A stretch of DNA of 63,220 nt, filler included, from Octopus bimaculoides (lineage: Eukaryota): assembly GCF_001194135.2 (NCBI RefSeq). It is 6 parts of 5 records of this genome, joined end to end, with 100 filler letters (N's around TTAATTAATTAA, not from the genome) between each part and the next. Parts side by side here need not be neighbours in the genome. Positions count along the whole stretch, not along the records: positions 21,785 to 52,061 come from NC_068983.1; positions 52,162 to 57,156 come from NC_069003.1; 4 more parts are not named here. One strand, given 5' to 3'. This document shows, in pieces, positions 39,779-52,273 of this stretch; position 1 is the stretch's first letter; each line of letters begins with the position of its first letter. Below the pieces are notes generated by a model. That model had not been told where the DNA came from and ran no database searches. It worked only from the letters and a program-made list of their open reading frames with translations. Position numbers and translations under genes: made by a program.

Positions 39779-40274
39779 NNNNNNNNNNNNNNNNNNNNNN
39801 NNNNNNNNNNNNNNNNNNNNNNNNNNNNNNNNNNNNNNNNNNNNNNNNNNNNNNNNNNNNNNNNNNNNNNNNNATATATATATATATATATATATAGGTT
39901 ATGAGAGGTATTGCTGTCAAGAAGACCCAAAGGTGTCAGGTAATGCTGAGTAAGTGCTATGGACAGACTATAGTTAAGCTCCAGGTTCGGTGACTATGCA
40001 AATGAGGAGCCCAACGTCGGTCATTAATATACGCATGCTGTTAATTTTATATAAATACAATGGGGTGTGATTTTCAGCAAGTAATGTAGCAATAGATCAG
40101 TTAAAATACAAGTATTCTGCGCCACGATGAATCTTTTTCGTATGGATTACACTGCCAACAACATTCCTACTGCCAACATTTCTGCTGCCAACAACATCCC
40201 TACATCACTCTTAACGATGTTTACATGAGGATGCTCACAGAGAAACCAAAGGATTTTGGTAAACCCTTACGCTG

Positions 40275-40460
40275 AAGGATCTACCAGCCACTGAAGACTT
40301 CGATATTAAATCACGGAAATTTCCCCCACGTGTCAAAGACCTTGTCCCTTTCCAGACTGATTTATTCCACCTTATTTCCAAAATCAAATTTAGCAAGTAC
40401 CCATGGCTATTTAAGAACTCAAATTGTAAGTTATATTTTCGGATAAAAGTGATATGCCAT
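40275..40460 (+). mobile_element. Penelope-like element RT N-terminal remnant
   Basis: FDIKSRKFPPRVKDLVPFQTDLFHLISKIKFSK..FSDKS resembles the FGFKSRKCPP..FENDL..IKF..ADKT pattern of PLE ORFs. Confidence 0.65.
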
Positions 40461-40719
40461 AAAAGGTAGATAGGGATATGCATAAATTATAGACAAACAT
40501 AAAATGACATGCAACAACACAAAATACAACACAAGACGATACAAAAGGTTTTACAGCATAATACACTTTTAATAAAGTATAAACACTTTCAATACAGTAA
40601 AAATAAGAGCATCACAACAAATCACAGCACATACACAAGGCACACAGAGCTGCGCTCGGCAGTGGAGAGAAAGCACGCGATAAAAATAAGACTACTGATT
40701 AATAATAATAATAATAATA

Positions 40720-41100
40720 ATTATAATAATAATAATAATAATAATAAGAAGAAGAAGAAGAAGAAGACGAAGAAGTAGAAGAAGAAAAGTAGAAAAAGAA
40801 GTAGAAGAAAAAGAAGTAGAACAAGAAGTAGTAGAAAAAAGTAGTAGTAGTAGTAGTAGTAGTAGTAGGAGGAGGAGGAGGAGGAGAAGAAGAAGAAGAA
40901 GAAGGAGAAGAAGAAAAAAAAAGAAAAAGAAGAAGAAAAAGAAGAAGAATAGAAAAAGAAATAGAACAAGAAATAGTAGAAGAAGAAGAAGTAGTAGTAG
41001 TAGAAGAAGAAGAAGAAGAAGAAGAAGAAGAAGAAGAAGAAGAAGAAGAAGAAGAAGAAGAACAACAACAACAACAACAACAACAACTACTACAGTAATA
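40720..41100. repeat. Compound trinucleotide microsatellite (AAT/AAG/AGT/AGG/AAC)
   Basis: Directly visible. The window also has dozens of (CA)n, (TA)n, (TACA)n, (GATA)n, (CTA)n, (CAT)n and (TTC)n tracts, most gaps being flanked by them. Confidence 0.95.
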
Positions 41101-41537
41101 TGTATGTAAATATACACAGGCATAGCTACAAAACACATATCTTGAAATAGTTAAACGGCTGATAACTTCTCTGAGTGTCCTTGTCTTTCTGAAAGGAAGT
41201 AATTACTTATAATCAAAGCTTCTGATAACATTCAACGAAAATAAGCATCTCTCCCTCCAATCTGATGGTCATCGTCGTCCTTGTCGTCGTCACCGTCGTC
41301 GATCTTGTTGTTGTTGTTGTTGCTATTGTTGTTGTTCTTGTTAAAGACGAACAGGAACGACAACCCAACCAGTTATGACATTTGGAGAAGGAACACAAAC
41401 TTCCTTTTGTCCATTAACTCAATGAAAGTGATATTGTCAGTCTATTGTGTTGTTTCGTGCCTTAAACTTCATATATGTATACACACATACACACACACAT
41501 ACACTCACGCGCGCGCACAGACGCGTGCGCGAGTGTA

Positions 41538-41580
<43 letters not shown>

Positions 41581-41829
41581 NNNNNNNNNNNNNNNNNNNN
41601 NNNNNNNNNNNNNNNNNNNNNNNNNNNNNNNNNNNNNNNNNNNNNNNNNNNNNNNNNNNNNNNNNNNNNNNNNNNNNNNNNNNNNNNNNNNNNNNNNNNN
41701 NNNNNNNNNNNNNNNNNNNNNNNNNNNNNNNNNNNNNNNNNNNNNNNNNNNNNNNNNNNNNNNNNNNNNNNNNNNNNNNNNNNNNNNNNNNNNNNNNNNN
41801 NNNNNNNNNNNNNNNCACACATACATATT

Positions 41830-42456
41830 TACACACACATGCATCTCATTTTGTCTGTTTTGTTTGCAACGTCCTGTACCCAGATATGCATCTATATATA
41901 CAGGTAGATGTAGGTATGTACATACATGTACGTAAATATGCATATACTCATTTATTATTTGTATTACATGGTCGAACGCACGCGTCATCCCTGCAAGTAA
42001 GTTTTGAACTTTATATTTTCTGACGAGACTCTATCTATCTTTCTATCTTTGTATCTTTCCCCCTCTCGTTCTTCCTTCTGTTACTACTATATCTCTCTCT
42101 TCCTCCCTGTCTCTCGTTGCTCACCTATTTTCTACTTCCTCCCCTTTTTTTCTCCCTCTAGCAATCTTTCTCCTTACCCCTCGCTGGTCACATGTGTCCA
42201 GCCCTACTTCCTTTCTTCCTTGGCTATCGCCAAGCATGCACACGAACAGCCTCCCTTCCAGTTCGTTGCTTCACAGCGTTCAATATACACAATTTCTCAC
42301 GTCTGGCCGTATAGCCTTTTCTGTTTATTTTACTGTTTTGTTTTCCTGTCTTGTTTTCTGTTCGCCACTACATTCCTCCATGGTACAAATTTAAGTTGTG
42401 GTCTGTGGGAAGAGCCATTTTAACGATGCGTCCTGCTCTAACTCTTCGAAACGCCA
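41830..42456 (+). repeat. Dispersed about 0.7-kb repeat unit bounded by the permuted hammerhead motif (other copies about 30670-30910 and 51770-52061)
   Basis: Shared GTCCTGTACCC(A/T)GATATGCAT and GAACGCAC blocks; shared TAAC.ATGCGTCCTGC.CTAAC.CTTC.AAACGC end. Confidence 0.8.
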
Positions 42457-43129
42457 NNNNNNNNNNNNNNNNNNNNNNNNNNNNNNNNNNNNNNNNNNNN
42501 NNNNNNNNNNNNNNNNNNNNNNNNNNNNNNNNNNNNNNNNNNNNNNNNNNNNNNNNNNNNNNNNNNNNNNNNNNNNNNNNNNNNNNNNNNNNNNNNNNNN
42601 NNNNNNNNNNNNNNNNNNNNNNNNNNNNNNNNNNNNNNNNNNNNNNNNNNNNNNNNNNNNNNNNNNNNNNNNNNNNNNNNNNNNNNNNNNNNNNNNNNNN
42701 NNNNNNNNNNNNNNNNNNNNNNNNNNNNNNNNNNNNNNNNNNNNNNNNNNNNNNNNNNNNNNNNNNNNNNNNNNNNNNNNNNNNNNNNNNNNNNNNNNNN
42801 NNNNNNNNNNNNNNNNNNNNNNNNNNNNNNNNNNNNNNNNNNNNNNNNNNNNNNNNNNNNNNNNNNNNNNNNNNNNNNNNNNNNNNNNNNNNNNNNNNNN
42901 NNNNNNNNNNNNNNNNNNNNNNNNNNNNNNNNNNNNNNNNNNNNNNNNNNNNNNNNNNNNNNNNNNNNNNNNNNNNNNNNNNNNNNNNNNNNNNNNNNNN
43001 NNNNNNNNNNNNNNNNNNNNNNNNNNNNNNNNNNNNNNNNNNNNNNNNNNNNNNNNNNNNNNNNNNNNNNNNNNNNNNNNNNNNNNNNNNNNNNNNNNNN
43101 NNNNNNNNNNNNNNNNNNNNNNNNNNNNN

Positions 43130-43161
<32 letters not shown>

Positions 43162-43204
43162 AAACATACTATATATATATATATATACATACATACATAA
43201 AACA

Positions 43205-43239
<35 letters not shown>

Positions 43240-43448
43240 AAACACACAAATCTGCACATACATACATACAGACAGACAGACAGACATACATACATACAAT
43301 CAAAAATATCCTGTTGTTGATATTCAAATTCCAATGAAGGAGCCTTGGATCTTGGTTAGAAACCGGTTGTTTCTCTAATGGCATGAAATCTTGAAATAAA
43401 CTGAATAATGACATACATACATACATACATGCTTACATACCTACATAC

Positions 43449-43490
<42 letters not shown>

Positions 43491-43803
43491 TTTAACCTTG
43501 ACTTAATCGTAAACATCTCTCCCCCAACAGATGTGAAACTGAGATGAAGACCGACAGGTTTAATCAAAGTATCTTATTAGCAGACATGGTGGTTGTCTGG
43601 TTAAATTCCTCGCTTTGAAAGCACGTGGCTTCAGATTTAGTCCTACAGTGCGCTTCCTTGATAAGTATCTTTTACTATAGCTCCCTGTCGACCAAAGCCT
43701 TTTGGTAGGCGGAAACAGCGTGGAAGCCTGCCACACACATACATATTTACAGATATAGACATATATATATCAAACATAAATTAAAAACAAAACACAAAGG
43801 ATA

Positions 43804-43904
43804 TCGCGGTACACGTGTTTCAAGCTTTATAAACAATATGTTATTACATCAGCATAGGTATATTATTGATATAAAATATGGTGTAAAGCTCTCTTCAGCC
43901 GCAA
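43804..43904 (-). ncRNA. Type I hammerhead with intact core and large stem II loop
   Basis: UUGCGG CUGAAGA GAGCUUUA..UAAAGCUU GAAA CACGUG UA CCGCGA. 6-bp stem I, 8-bp stem II, palindromic ACACGUGU stem III. Confidence 0.8.
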
Positions 43905-45428
43905 ATATTATTAGTCCAAGGATTACATCACGAAAGAAAAAGTACATGTAGTATTACCCATTATAATAGGTTTATCACAGCCCTTTGAAAAGGTATATTT
44001 ATATAAAGGTTCATTGGGTTTCAAAAATCTTCCCATACTGTACCACTATTCAGCATAGATTGAACTGAGTTCATATTTAACTAGCGTGTCATAAGATAGA
44101 AAGAAAAGACAAAAGGTAAAAAATAAAATAAAAGTAAAAAATAAAATAAAAGTAATAGAAGTAAAAACAAAAGTAATAAAAGTAAAAGTAAGAATAATGA
44201 AGTTAGACACACACATAAATAAATAAGATTTAGCAAAATTGGAATAAAGTAACAAAAGAAATAAAAACATAAAATAAAATAAGAGATAAAATAATATAGA
44301 GCTGAGAACAGGATGTTGGCTTCGATGAGATGTTAGGGGTCATAAATAATTCCTTAGCTTGACCACTCGTTGAATTAGAGATTAATGGTGATGAACGGTC
44401 AGTTTACCCAAACACACCACTAAAAGTTTCTAGCTTTATAAACTTAACTATTACATGGGTGCATACACATACATAGATGCCATAGTATATGTGTATGTCT
44501 GTATACACACATAGTGAGAGCAAATTATTAATTAACTGATTGAAAGATGCAGAGCTGATTGATTGACTGACTGGCTTACAATACGAAGGGGCCTGAGATC
44601 AAATCGTGTTCCAGAAAAAAAGCCAAAGACATTTGTAAAAAAGTGGATCTTAAGTGGAGAAAATTCTAAGAGAGATATCATTTTAGATGTAAGAAAGATA
44701 TGTGTATGTCTTTGTGTTTGTGTTTTCCCAAATACCATTTGGCAATCAGTGTTGGTTTGTTTACGTTCCTATAACTTAGCAGTTTAGAAAAGGGGGAAGG
44801 ATGAAGTGTATATCAAACTTGAGCAAAAAGTACTGGGATTGTTTCATTTGACTAAACACTTCGGGACAGCGCCCCACTATGGCCACATTCCAGTGACTGA
44901 AACAAGTAAGACAATTAAGATTAAAACCTGCACGATTTGAACTCAAAACATTGAGTTACGCCACGAAACCCCAGGAAGCAGTCCTATAGATTTAGTATTA
45001 TAAGCTTTCAGACTACGAAACGCCCTTTACGTGAAACTGTTATCAATTTAAACAAAATTTCAACTATTACTGTAAAACTTAATTCAAACAAACAGTGTGT
45101 GTGTGTGTTTGTCTGTCTATAAGTGTGTGGATATGTTTGATGTGGTTGTGTCTATGCGCATGAGTGTGTGTGTGCGAGCGCGAGCAAGCACAAGGGTTGG
45201 TGTTCTGTGAGGACATTGAAGACATCGCATCGAGAATGTTACCACGCCCTTTACAAACATGACAAGATAATTTGATAAAAGCGCCTTGTCCAGGATCATG
45301 TTGTTGTATGGGTGGTAACTGTAAATGATAAAACATCGTATCGCGCTCCGTATACACACACACACACACAAACACACACATATATATATGTATATATATA
45401 CATATATGCATACATATATATATATATG

Positions 45429-45486
<58 letters not shown>

Positions 45487-45802
45487 CACACATACATCTA
45501 TCTATCTATATATATATATATCTACACACACACACAAATATATATGCATACGTATATATGTATGTATATATGTATATATGTATATATGTTTCTATGTATA
45601 TGTTTTGTATATGCATAAATACAAATACATATATTCATTTTTATATTCATGTATAAATATTTATACATATGTATATATGTGTGTGTGTGCATGTGTGTGT
45701 GTGCATATATATATATCTATATGTATGTATATTTATACACCTACGTATATTTTATACAGACGCACGCACACATGTATATATACACACACATGTGTGTGTG
45801 TT

Positions 45803-45841
<39 letters not shown>

Positions 45842-45865
45842 TCGAGACCTGAGGCCAAACATCAA

Positions 45866-45907
45866 AATGCATACTCCGAGTTTCACGTCTCCATTCATCA
45901 GTTGATT
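45866..45907 (-). ncRNA. Minimal hammerhead, intact core, weak stem I
   Basis: CUGAUGA AUG-GAGA-CGU GAAA CUCGGAG UA UGCAUU. Confidence 0.55.
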
Positions 45908-46178
45908 CCCAGTTGTCTTTCATCTCGATCTATTATCGGAATTGACTCCCTTAGCCTTCACCATTTCGTAAGCACTGAGGGTCAGTGAAGGTTTATTTTA
46001 GGAGTTGTCATTATCTAAATATGGCTGCTTTGTAAGATTGCCGATTCCAGCAACCCCCGCCTCACCACAATCACCACGACCACACTTAGTTTTTACCATT
46101 GGTGCAACCAAGGACACAATTATACTTTATTTTTTAAGCTAAACTTTAACTTGCTTACCAACCACATGGTAAGGCGAA

Positions 46179-46730
46179 GGAGTGGCTGTGTAGTAAGTAG
46201 CTTGTTTACCAGCCACATGGTTCCNNNNNNNNNNNNNNNNNNNNNNNNNNNNNNNNNNNNNNNNNNNNNNNNNNNNNNNNNNNNNNNNNNNNNNNNNNNN
46301 NNNNNNNNNNNNNNNNNNNNNNNNNNNNNNNNNNNNNNNNNNNNNNNNNNNNNNNNNNNNNNNNNNNNNNNNNNNNNNNNNNNNNNNNNNNNNNNNNNNN
46401 NNNNNNNNNNNNNNNNNNNNNNNNNNNNNNNNNNNNNNNNNNNNNNNNNNNNNNNNNNNNNNNNNNNNNNNNNNNNGCCAAAGCCTTGTGAGTGGATTTG
46501 GTAGACGGAAACTGAAAGAAGCCCGTCGTGTTTGTGTGTCTGTGTTTGTCCCCCCAACATCGCTTGACAACCGATGCTGGTGTGTTTACGTCCCCGTAAC
46601 TTAGCGGTTCGGCAAAAGAGACCGATAGAATAAGTACTAGGCTTACAAAGAATAAGTCCTGGGGTCGATTTGCTCGACTAAAGGTGGTGCTCCAGCTTGG
46701 CCGCAGTCAAATGACTGAAACAAGTAAAAA
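46179..46730 (+). mobile_element. SINE family B copy (gap inside)
   Basis: GGAGTGGCTGTGTAGTAAGTAGCTTG..GCCTTGTGAGTGGATTTGG..CGCTTGACAACCGATG..GACTGAAACAAGTAAAA. Confidence 0.88.
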
Positions 46731-47705
46731 AAAAAAACGGAGAGATGCCTCACTCTCCTTGGTTTCATAGTACGCCGGACATTAACCCGGAATCTCTAAG
46801 CCCCTAATGCTACAGTTAAGACAGTTGTTGATCCGATATTGGGTTCATCAACAGAGTTATTAGTGAGTGTGTGTGTGTGTGTGTGTGAAGGGGAGGGTAA
46901 ACGCACGTAGACTAGTGATTAGGATATTCGTAAGATCGTGAATTCGGTTCCTAGCGGTGTGTCCTTGAGCAAGACACTTTATTCACGTTGCTCCAGTCCA
47001 CTCAGCTGGCAAAAATGAGTTGTACCTGTAATGCAGTGTCTTGCTGAATTTCCCTGAGAACTACATTAAAGGAGTGAATGCCTGTGGAGTGCTCAGCCAC
47101 TTGCACGTTAATTTCATGAGCAGGCTATTCCGTTGATCGGATCAACTGGAACCCTTGTCGTCGCAACCGACGGACTACCAGAAGCTGGCGCGGTGGAGCA
47201 AGAAAGGCGCTCCACCCAAGGCGACGCTTTTATGGTGTGGAGTGCACTTTAGGGTCTACTGTGGGTCCGAGGTTGTGGGAGGGACGGGGGCGAACGGCAG
47301 ACTTAAAGGCTGTCACAAGCGGCACATACTCTAGCTATGCTACTACGGTTCATCCGTCCTTTTTACAGATATTTTTGCTTTTGTCCTGCCTGGAATACTC
47401 CTTTACCAGGCAAGTCTGTTGAGGGAGCTGATTTAATCCCCGACAACCTGACCATGCAACAAATTGTCGTGGGTTATATTTTGCTAGCAACACTTGTGAG
47501 TGATGACACAATCATATCAGGGTGTATGAGGGTAATCTTAAGTACACTTAGGTGAATATTTAATATTTTCCTCATATGGTGTAGCTGAAATCAATGGTTT
47601 CTTCTTGTTCCGTTTATAGAGACAAGAGTCATAGCACCGACTACTTATTCAGTTGTACATTTTCAGTTGATTAATACAGCTGATATATAAGATATTATCT
47701 ATGGT

Positions 47706-47810
47706 CACATGGGATCATGGGCACATGGGATCATGGGCACTTGAGGTCATTGGCACTTGGGATCATGGGCACATGGGATCATGGGCACATGGGATCATGG
47801 GTACATGGGA
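47706..47810. repeat. 16-bp tandem repeat (CATGGGATCATGGGCA) x about 7
   Basis: Directly visible. Confidence 0.9.
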
Positions 47811-47859
47811 GTATATTATGTCACAAGGACGGGGTTTACCTACTTCACACATGTAAAAA

Positions 47860-47964
47860 TCTGTAAAACTTTCCAGAAGTTTATCATTTAAATATATATG
47901 AGCATGTCTAGATATGCAACTATATGCATGAGAATACATACATACAAATTTGCACATACATACA

Positions 47965-47998
<34 letters not shown>

Positions 47999-48112
47999 CA
48001 AGCAAAAATACCCTGTTGTTGATGTTTAAATTCCAATGAAGAAACCTTGGATCTAGGTTAGAAACCGGCTCTTTCTCTATTGGCAAGAAATCTTGAAATA
48101 AACTGAATAATG

Positions 48113-48151
<39 letters not shown>

Positions 48152-48200
48152 CATACATACATACATACAGACATACATACATACATACATACATACATAC
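47860..48200 (+). repeat. Dispersed repeat family with (TACA)n, also at about 38340-38460 and 43200-43420
   Basis: Shared AAATTCCAATGAAG..CCTTGGATCT.GGTTAGAAACCGG and CCAGAAGTTTATCATTTAAATATATATGAGCAT blocks. Confidence 0.8.
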
Positions 48201-48716
48201 ATAGAAATACGCATGAATTTGCATAAACACGCCAACCGATTACACATCAAAGATTTATGCATGCCTTACATTCTTACCTCGTGTCACTATCAATTTATCA
48301 ACGTAGGGCAAACCTTTGTTTTAAATATAAATATTCATATCGAGAACTCGTGGATTTGTTTCGTCTACTTATGTTGTCCCCTCCACCACTACCACCGCCT
48401 CCCCGGGGAAAAGAAACGGAGATTACAGTAAACCAGCAATGACGTCTCTTGGGTAGTTGTCCGACATGTTAGAAATAGCAGCTGAGCTTTCCTCTAACAA
48501 AGTTTGCCATGTCTTTCTAGTTATTTCATGTCTACAGCAAAACGGGCAGCGTGTTGGCAGAATCGATAAGACGTGGGAAAAGGGAAATATTTTACATTCT
48601 CATTTCAAATGTAACTAAAGTCGTTTTGCCTTTCGCCTTTGCGGAGTTACCAGTGATGTAGTTGCGTTACTTAGTCCCTAGCAGGACGAGATTCATAGAT
48701 ATGCTAAAAAAAGAGC

Positions 48717-48758
<42 letters not shown>

Positions 48759-49079
48759 AAGAGGTGTGGAATACTTTTTCGTTTCGTTTATGCAAAATAA
48801 AACGGAAATGAGATAAGAAAGATCAGTTAGCGACAGGCATGAATTCGAATAAGAAAAACTAATGAGGGTATATTAATTAGAATATAAGATAAATTTTTGA
48901 GTCCCACAGAAGATAGAACAATCGTATGTTGACAAGTAGGACAATGTGTGTTTATGTATATAAGTATTCTTTTATACTCTTTACTTGTTTCAGTCATTTG
49001 ACTGCAGCCATGCTGGAGCACCGCATTTAGTTGAACAAATCGACCCCAGGACTTATTCTTTGTAAGCCTAGTACTTATA

Positions 49080-51000
49080 CCGGAGTTTTCCAAAAATCCA
49101 CCCAGGGCTGTTAAACGGAAAATTCTATTTTCAAAACTATTTTTTGTCTTAAATAACCGCCCACCTATAATAAGCGCCCATGGGTGGTAATATGGAAGTA
49201 AAATATTTCACCTAGGAAAAACAAAGATATTCTCAAAAACCATATTTATTTTATACAATTCCATTGAACTTCTATCGTTTCAGTTTTCAGATATATAGAC
49301 ATAAAGAAACTGAAACAGCCTTAAAAGAAGTAGCATATTAAAAAATATTCTGAAATTAACAATGGATCTATTAGGAAATATTGAAAATTAAACTGTTGAA
49401 AACATGAATAGAAGCCTCGTATGAACAAATAATGTCCTTGGGCATTTATGGTAGAATAATAACCGAATAGTTTCAAGTTTGATATCACGAATTTCTTCAT
49501 TTGTTGCTTGGCCATAATTCACATCAGCAAATTTCATTTACTTGCATCTCATCTTCAATTTTGTCATTATGTGCATCTGGTGCATTTACCTCAAGGCCAG
49601 GCAAAATATCCTCTAAGCGTGAGTTTAAGAGGCTATGTTCTACAGTCTGTCCACGAGGAGCAATTCCACAACATTCAAAAGCACGCTTTATAGTTTCTTT
49701 ATTTAAAGTGACAACATCTTGGGTCACAAAGTTCACTATAACTTGATAAGAAGGTCTTTTGCGTCATCCTTTATTTGTATACTCCTTTTTGCCATTTGAA
49801 AACCAATTCTCCCATTCAGCACGAAGGGCTTTCTTGAAAGGATCAATAATTGAAACATCTAACGGCTGCAAGCAAGATGTTTTAGGAGGTATAAGTTTGA
49901 GAATTGTATTCCTACGTTTGAACACTTCTAGGAGCTCTGTTTTCTTGTGCACTGAGCAATCATCCATGAATAGCACTGAATTTTGAGCAGGGAATAGTTG
50001 TGCTGTTCTCTGCTCAAGCACTTTGTCAGCCCACAGCCTCACGAGTTCATATGTGATTGATTCCCTGTTGGAGACTGTTCAGTAAATTTGATTTTAGGCA
50101 CGTTCTTCAATCCTTTAAGGACAATTATTGTTTTCAGTACCTTTGCTGCAGCATTAACACACAACACAGCAGTAAAACGAGCTTTGGCAGCACCACAGTG
50201 GCTAGCATCTATATTTTCATTGCCAACAAAGTCTATTGCTGTTGAACTCAGCTTGTCAACGTATACAGGTGTTTCATCCATATTATAGATCTGGTCAGTT
50301 TACTTATCTGCTGTTAATACTGGAATGCAATTTAGATAGTGACTTGCGATTTGTGCCTGTTCTCCAAGTGTTTTATTGTCTGTTTGACCAACATGTGTAA
50401 TCTTTCTCACAGTCAATTTATTCCATTTCATGAAATTGAAAATCCATTTATCAGAACATCTAAAGCTGTTCATTTCAATTCCAAACCTTTTTACCAATTC
50501 AAAAGTACATTCCCGTAAACAGCGATAATTTACAATTATATTGTTTGCACGCTGAACAACAATCTTCTGTAGGAGTTCAATCTCTAGATCCCTATGTGCT
50601 GGTCCTCTACCTCCCCCAACCGATCTGCGCCTCCTCTTGTCTGACATATGGATCAACTCAGTTTCTTTTGTTCATCATTCTCTTAATTGTTTTCTATCAA
50701 ATTCCTGTCTCTTGACGCAGCAGATAAATTGCCAGAATGTTCTTTCACTCGTTTAATAACACTCAATTTTTCACTAATGGTATATGATCGTTGAACACGT
50801 TTCGATATATTTTCTTTCGACTTCATTATTGGGAATAAAAGTCCTTTGAATTTCTCTACAGACGTAGAGCAAATGAAGGTCTAAACAGAATGCAAACAAG
50901 AACACTAACTCTGTTTCAACTTTTAATCTCAAATAACCGGCCATCCAAATCAACGCCCATGGACGATCTAATGGATGGGTAGATTTTTGAAAAACCCCGG
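49080..51000 (-). mobile_element. Full-length (1921 bp) pogo-superfamily DNA transposon, frameshifted, inserted into a SINE B
   Basis: TIRs CCGGAGTTTTCCAAAAATCCACCCA / TGGGTAGATTTTTGAAAAACCCCGG. TA TSD at 49078-49079 and 51001-51002. The SINE resumes across the insertion. Confidence 0.93.
49470..50800 (-). pseudogene. pogo transposase (HTH-psq, CENP-B HTH, DDE_1) broken into about 5 ORFs
   Basis: EKLSVIKRVKE; FRCSDKWIFNFMK; MDETP; LFMDDCSVH..CLQPLDVS (about 34 aa between D2 and D3); IKRAFECCGI. Confidence 0.9.
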
Positions 51001-51140
51001 TACTATCGGTCTCTTTTGCCGAACCGCTTAGCAACGGGGACGTAAACTCACCAACATCGGTTGTCAAGTAATGGTGGGTGGGGGGACAAAGACAGACACA
51101 CAAATACATACATACATACGCACATACATACATACATACA

Positions 51141-51237
<97 letters not shown>

Positions 51238-51784
51238 AATACACATTAAGTACAAGACATCACCAACGAGTGAAAAATACGCAAAACACCAAAAGATAAC
51301 TCGCTCATCAGTTGTCGGATGTTTATTACTCCCTGTTTTGTGCTTTTAGCGACAAGATAGGAAAACTTCATAAGACAGCAGCATCCAGAAATTTTAAACA
51401 TTTAAAATTTGTGGAGAGTTAGGGCTTCGAACGAACAAACAACAACAGAGGGGAGATACATAGTAAACAAGAGACAAAGACAAACATTAAGGGCCGTTAG
51501 GCCAAGATGAATTGTAATGGGTAACACATGGGAGAAAATAAAATTTTGAAGGAAATAGAATAAACAGAAGAGAAGAAAATAGTAGAAGAGTAAAAAAAAA
51601 AAAATGGTTCCGAGTTCAGTCCTACTGCGTCACACCTGGAGCAAAAGTTTTCTACTATAGCTCAGGCTGACTAAAGCTTTATGAGTAGATTTGGTAGATG
51701 GAAACTGAAAGAATCCTGCCACTTAATTCCTCCGCATCACAAATTCTATTTAAATTGCTTTGCAGGAAGAGTTATTCTAACAAT

Positions 51785-51842
51785 GCGTCCTGCCCTAACC
51801 CTTCAAAACGCTTAGTTTAGAATAGGGGTAGCTGATGAAGGA
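51785..51842 (+). ncRNA. Candidate non-circularly permuted hammerhead ribozyme (this copy has G12A)
   Basis: GCGUC CUGCCCU AACCC UUC (A/G)AAAC GC UUAGUUUAGAAU AGGGGUAG CUGAUGA A GGA. The copy at 42428-42456 retains GAAAC. Confidence 0.55.
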
Positions 51843-52273
51843 AATGTTCTCTATGTGGCCCGTCTGTTTTCCTGTGTGTTCCTACCGTTGTCCGAAAAAA
51901 GTTTGTTTTCCGTGCTCTGTTTATGTTTTTGTTTTTCTTTTTGTCCACGCTTCTTTGCGATGTCCTGTACCCAGATATGCATCCATATATACATGTAGAT
52001 GTAGGTATGTACATACATGTACGTATATATGCATATACTCACATATTATTTGTATTATATANNNNNNNNNNNNNNNNNNNNNNNNNNNNNNNNNNNNNNN
52101 NNNNNTTAATTAATTAANNNNNNNNNNNNNNNNNNNNNNNNNNNNNNNNNNNNNNNNNNNNACACACACACAAAGAGGCTTATAAATGCATACTCACAAA
52201 CATATAACTATTATACGGAAAGGCAATCTTTATATCCTACTTAACGTGGATGTATTGTGAGAACGCCATATTA

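Noticed and set aside
51245-51400. Hammerhead at minus-strand CGACAA CUGAUGA GCGAGU..ACUCGU with upstream AUC UUGUCG
   Set aside because: Stems I and II can be drawn, but no GAAA segment is suitably placed. At most a relic.
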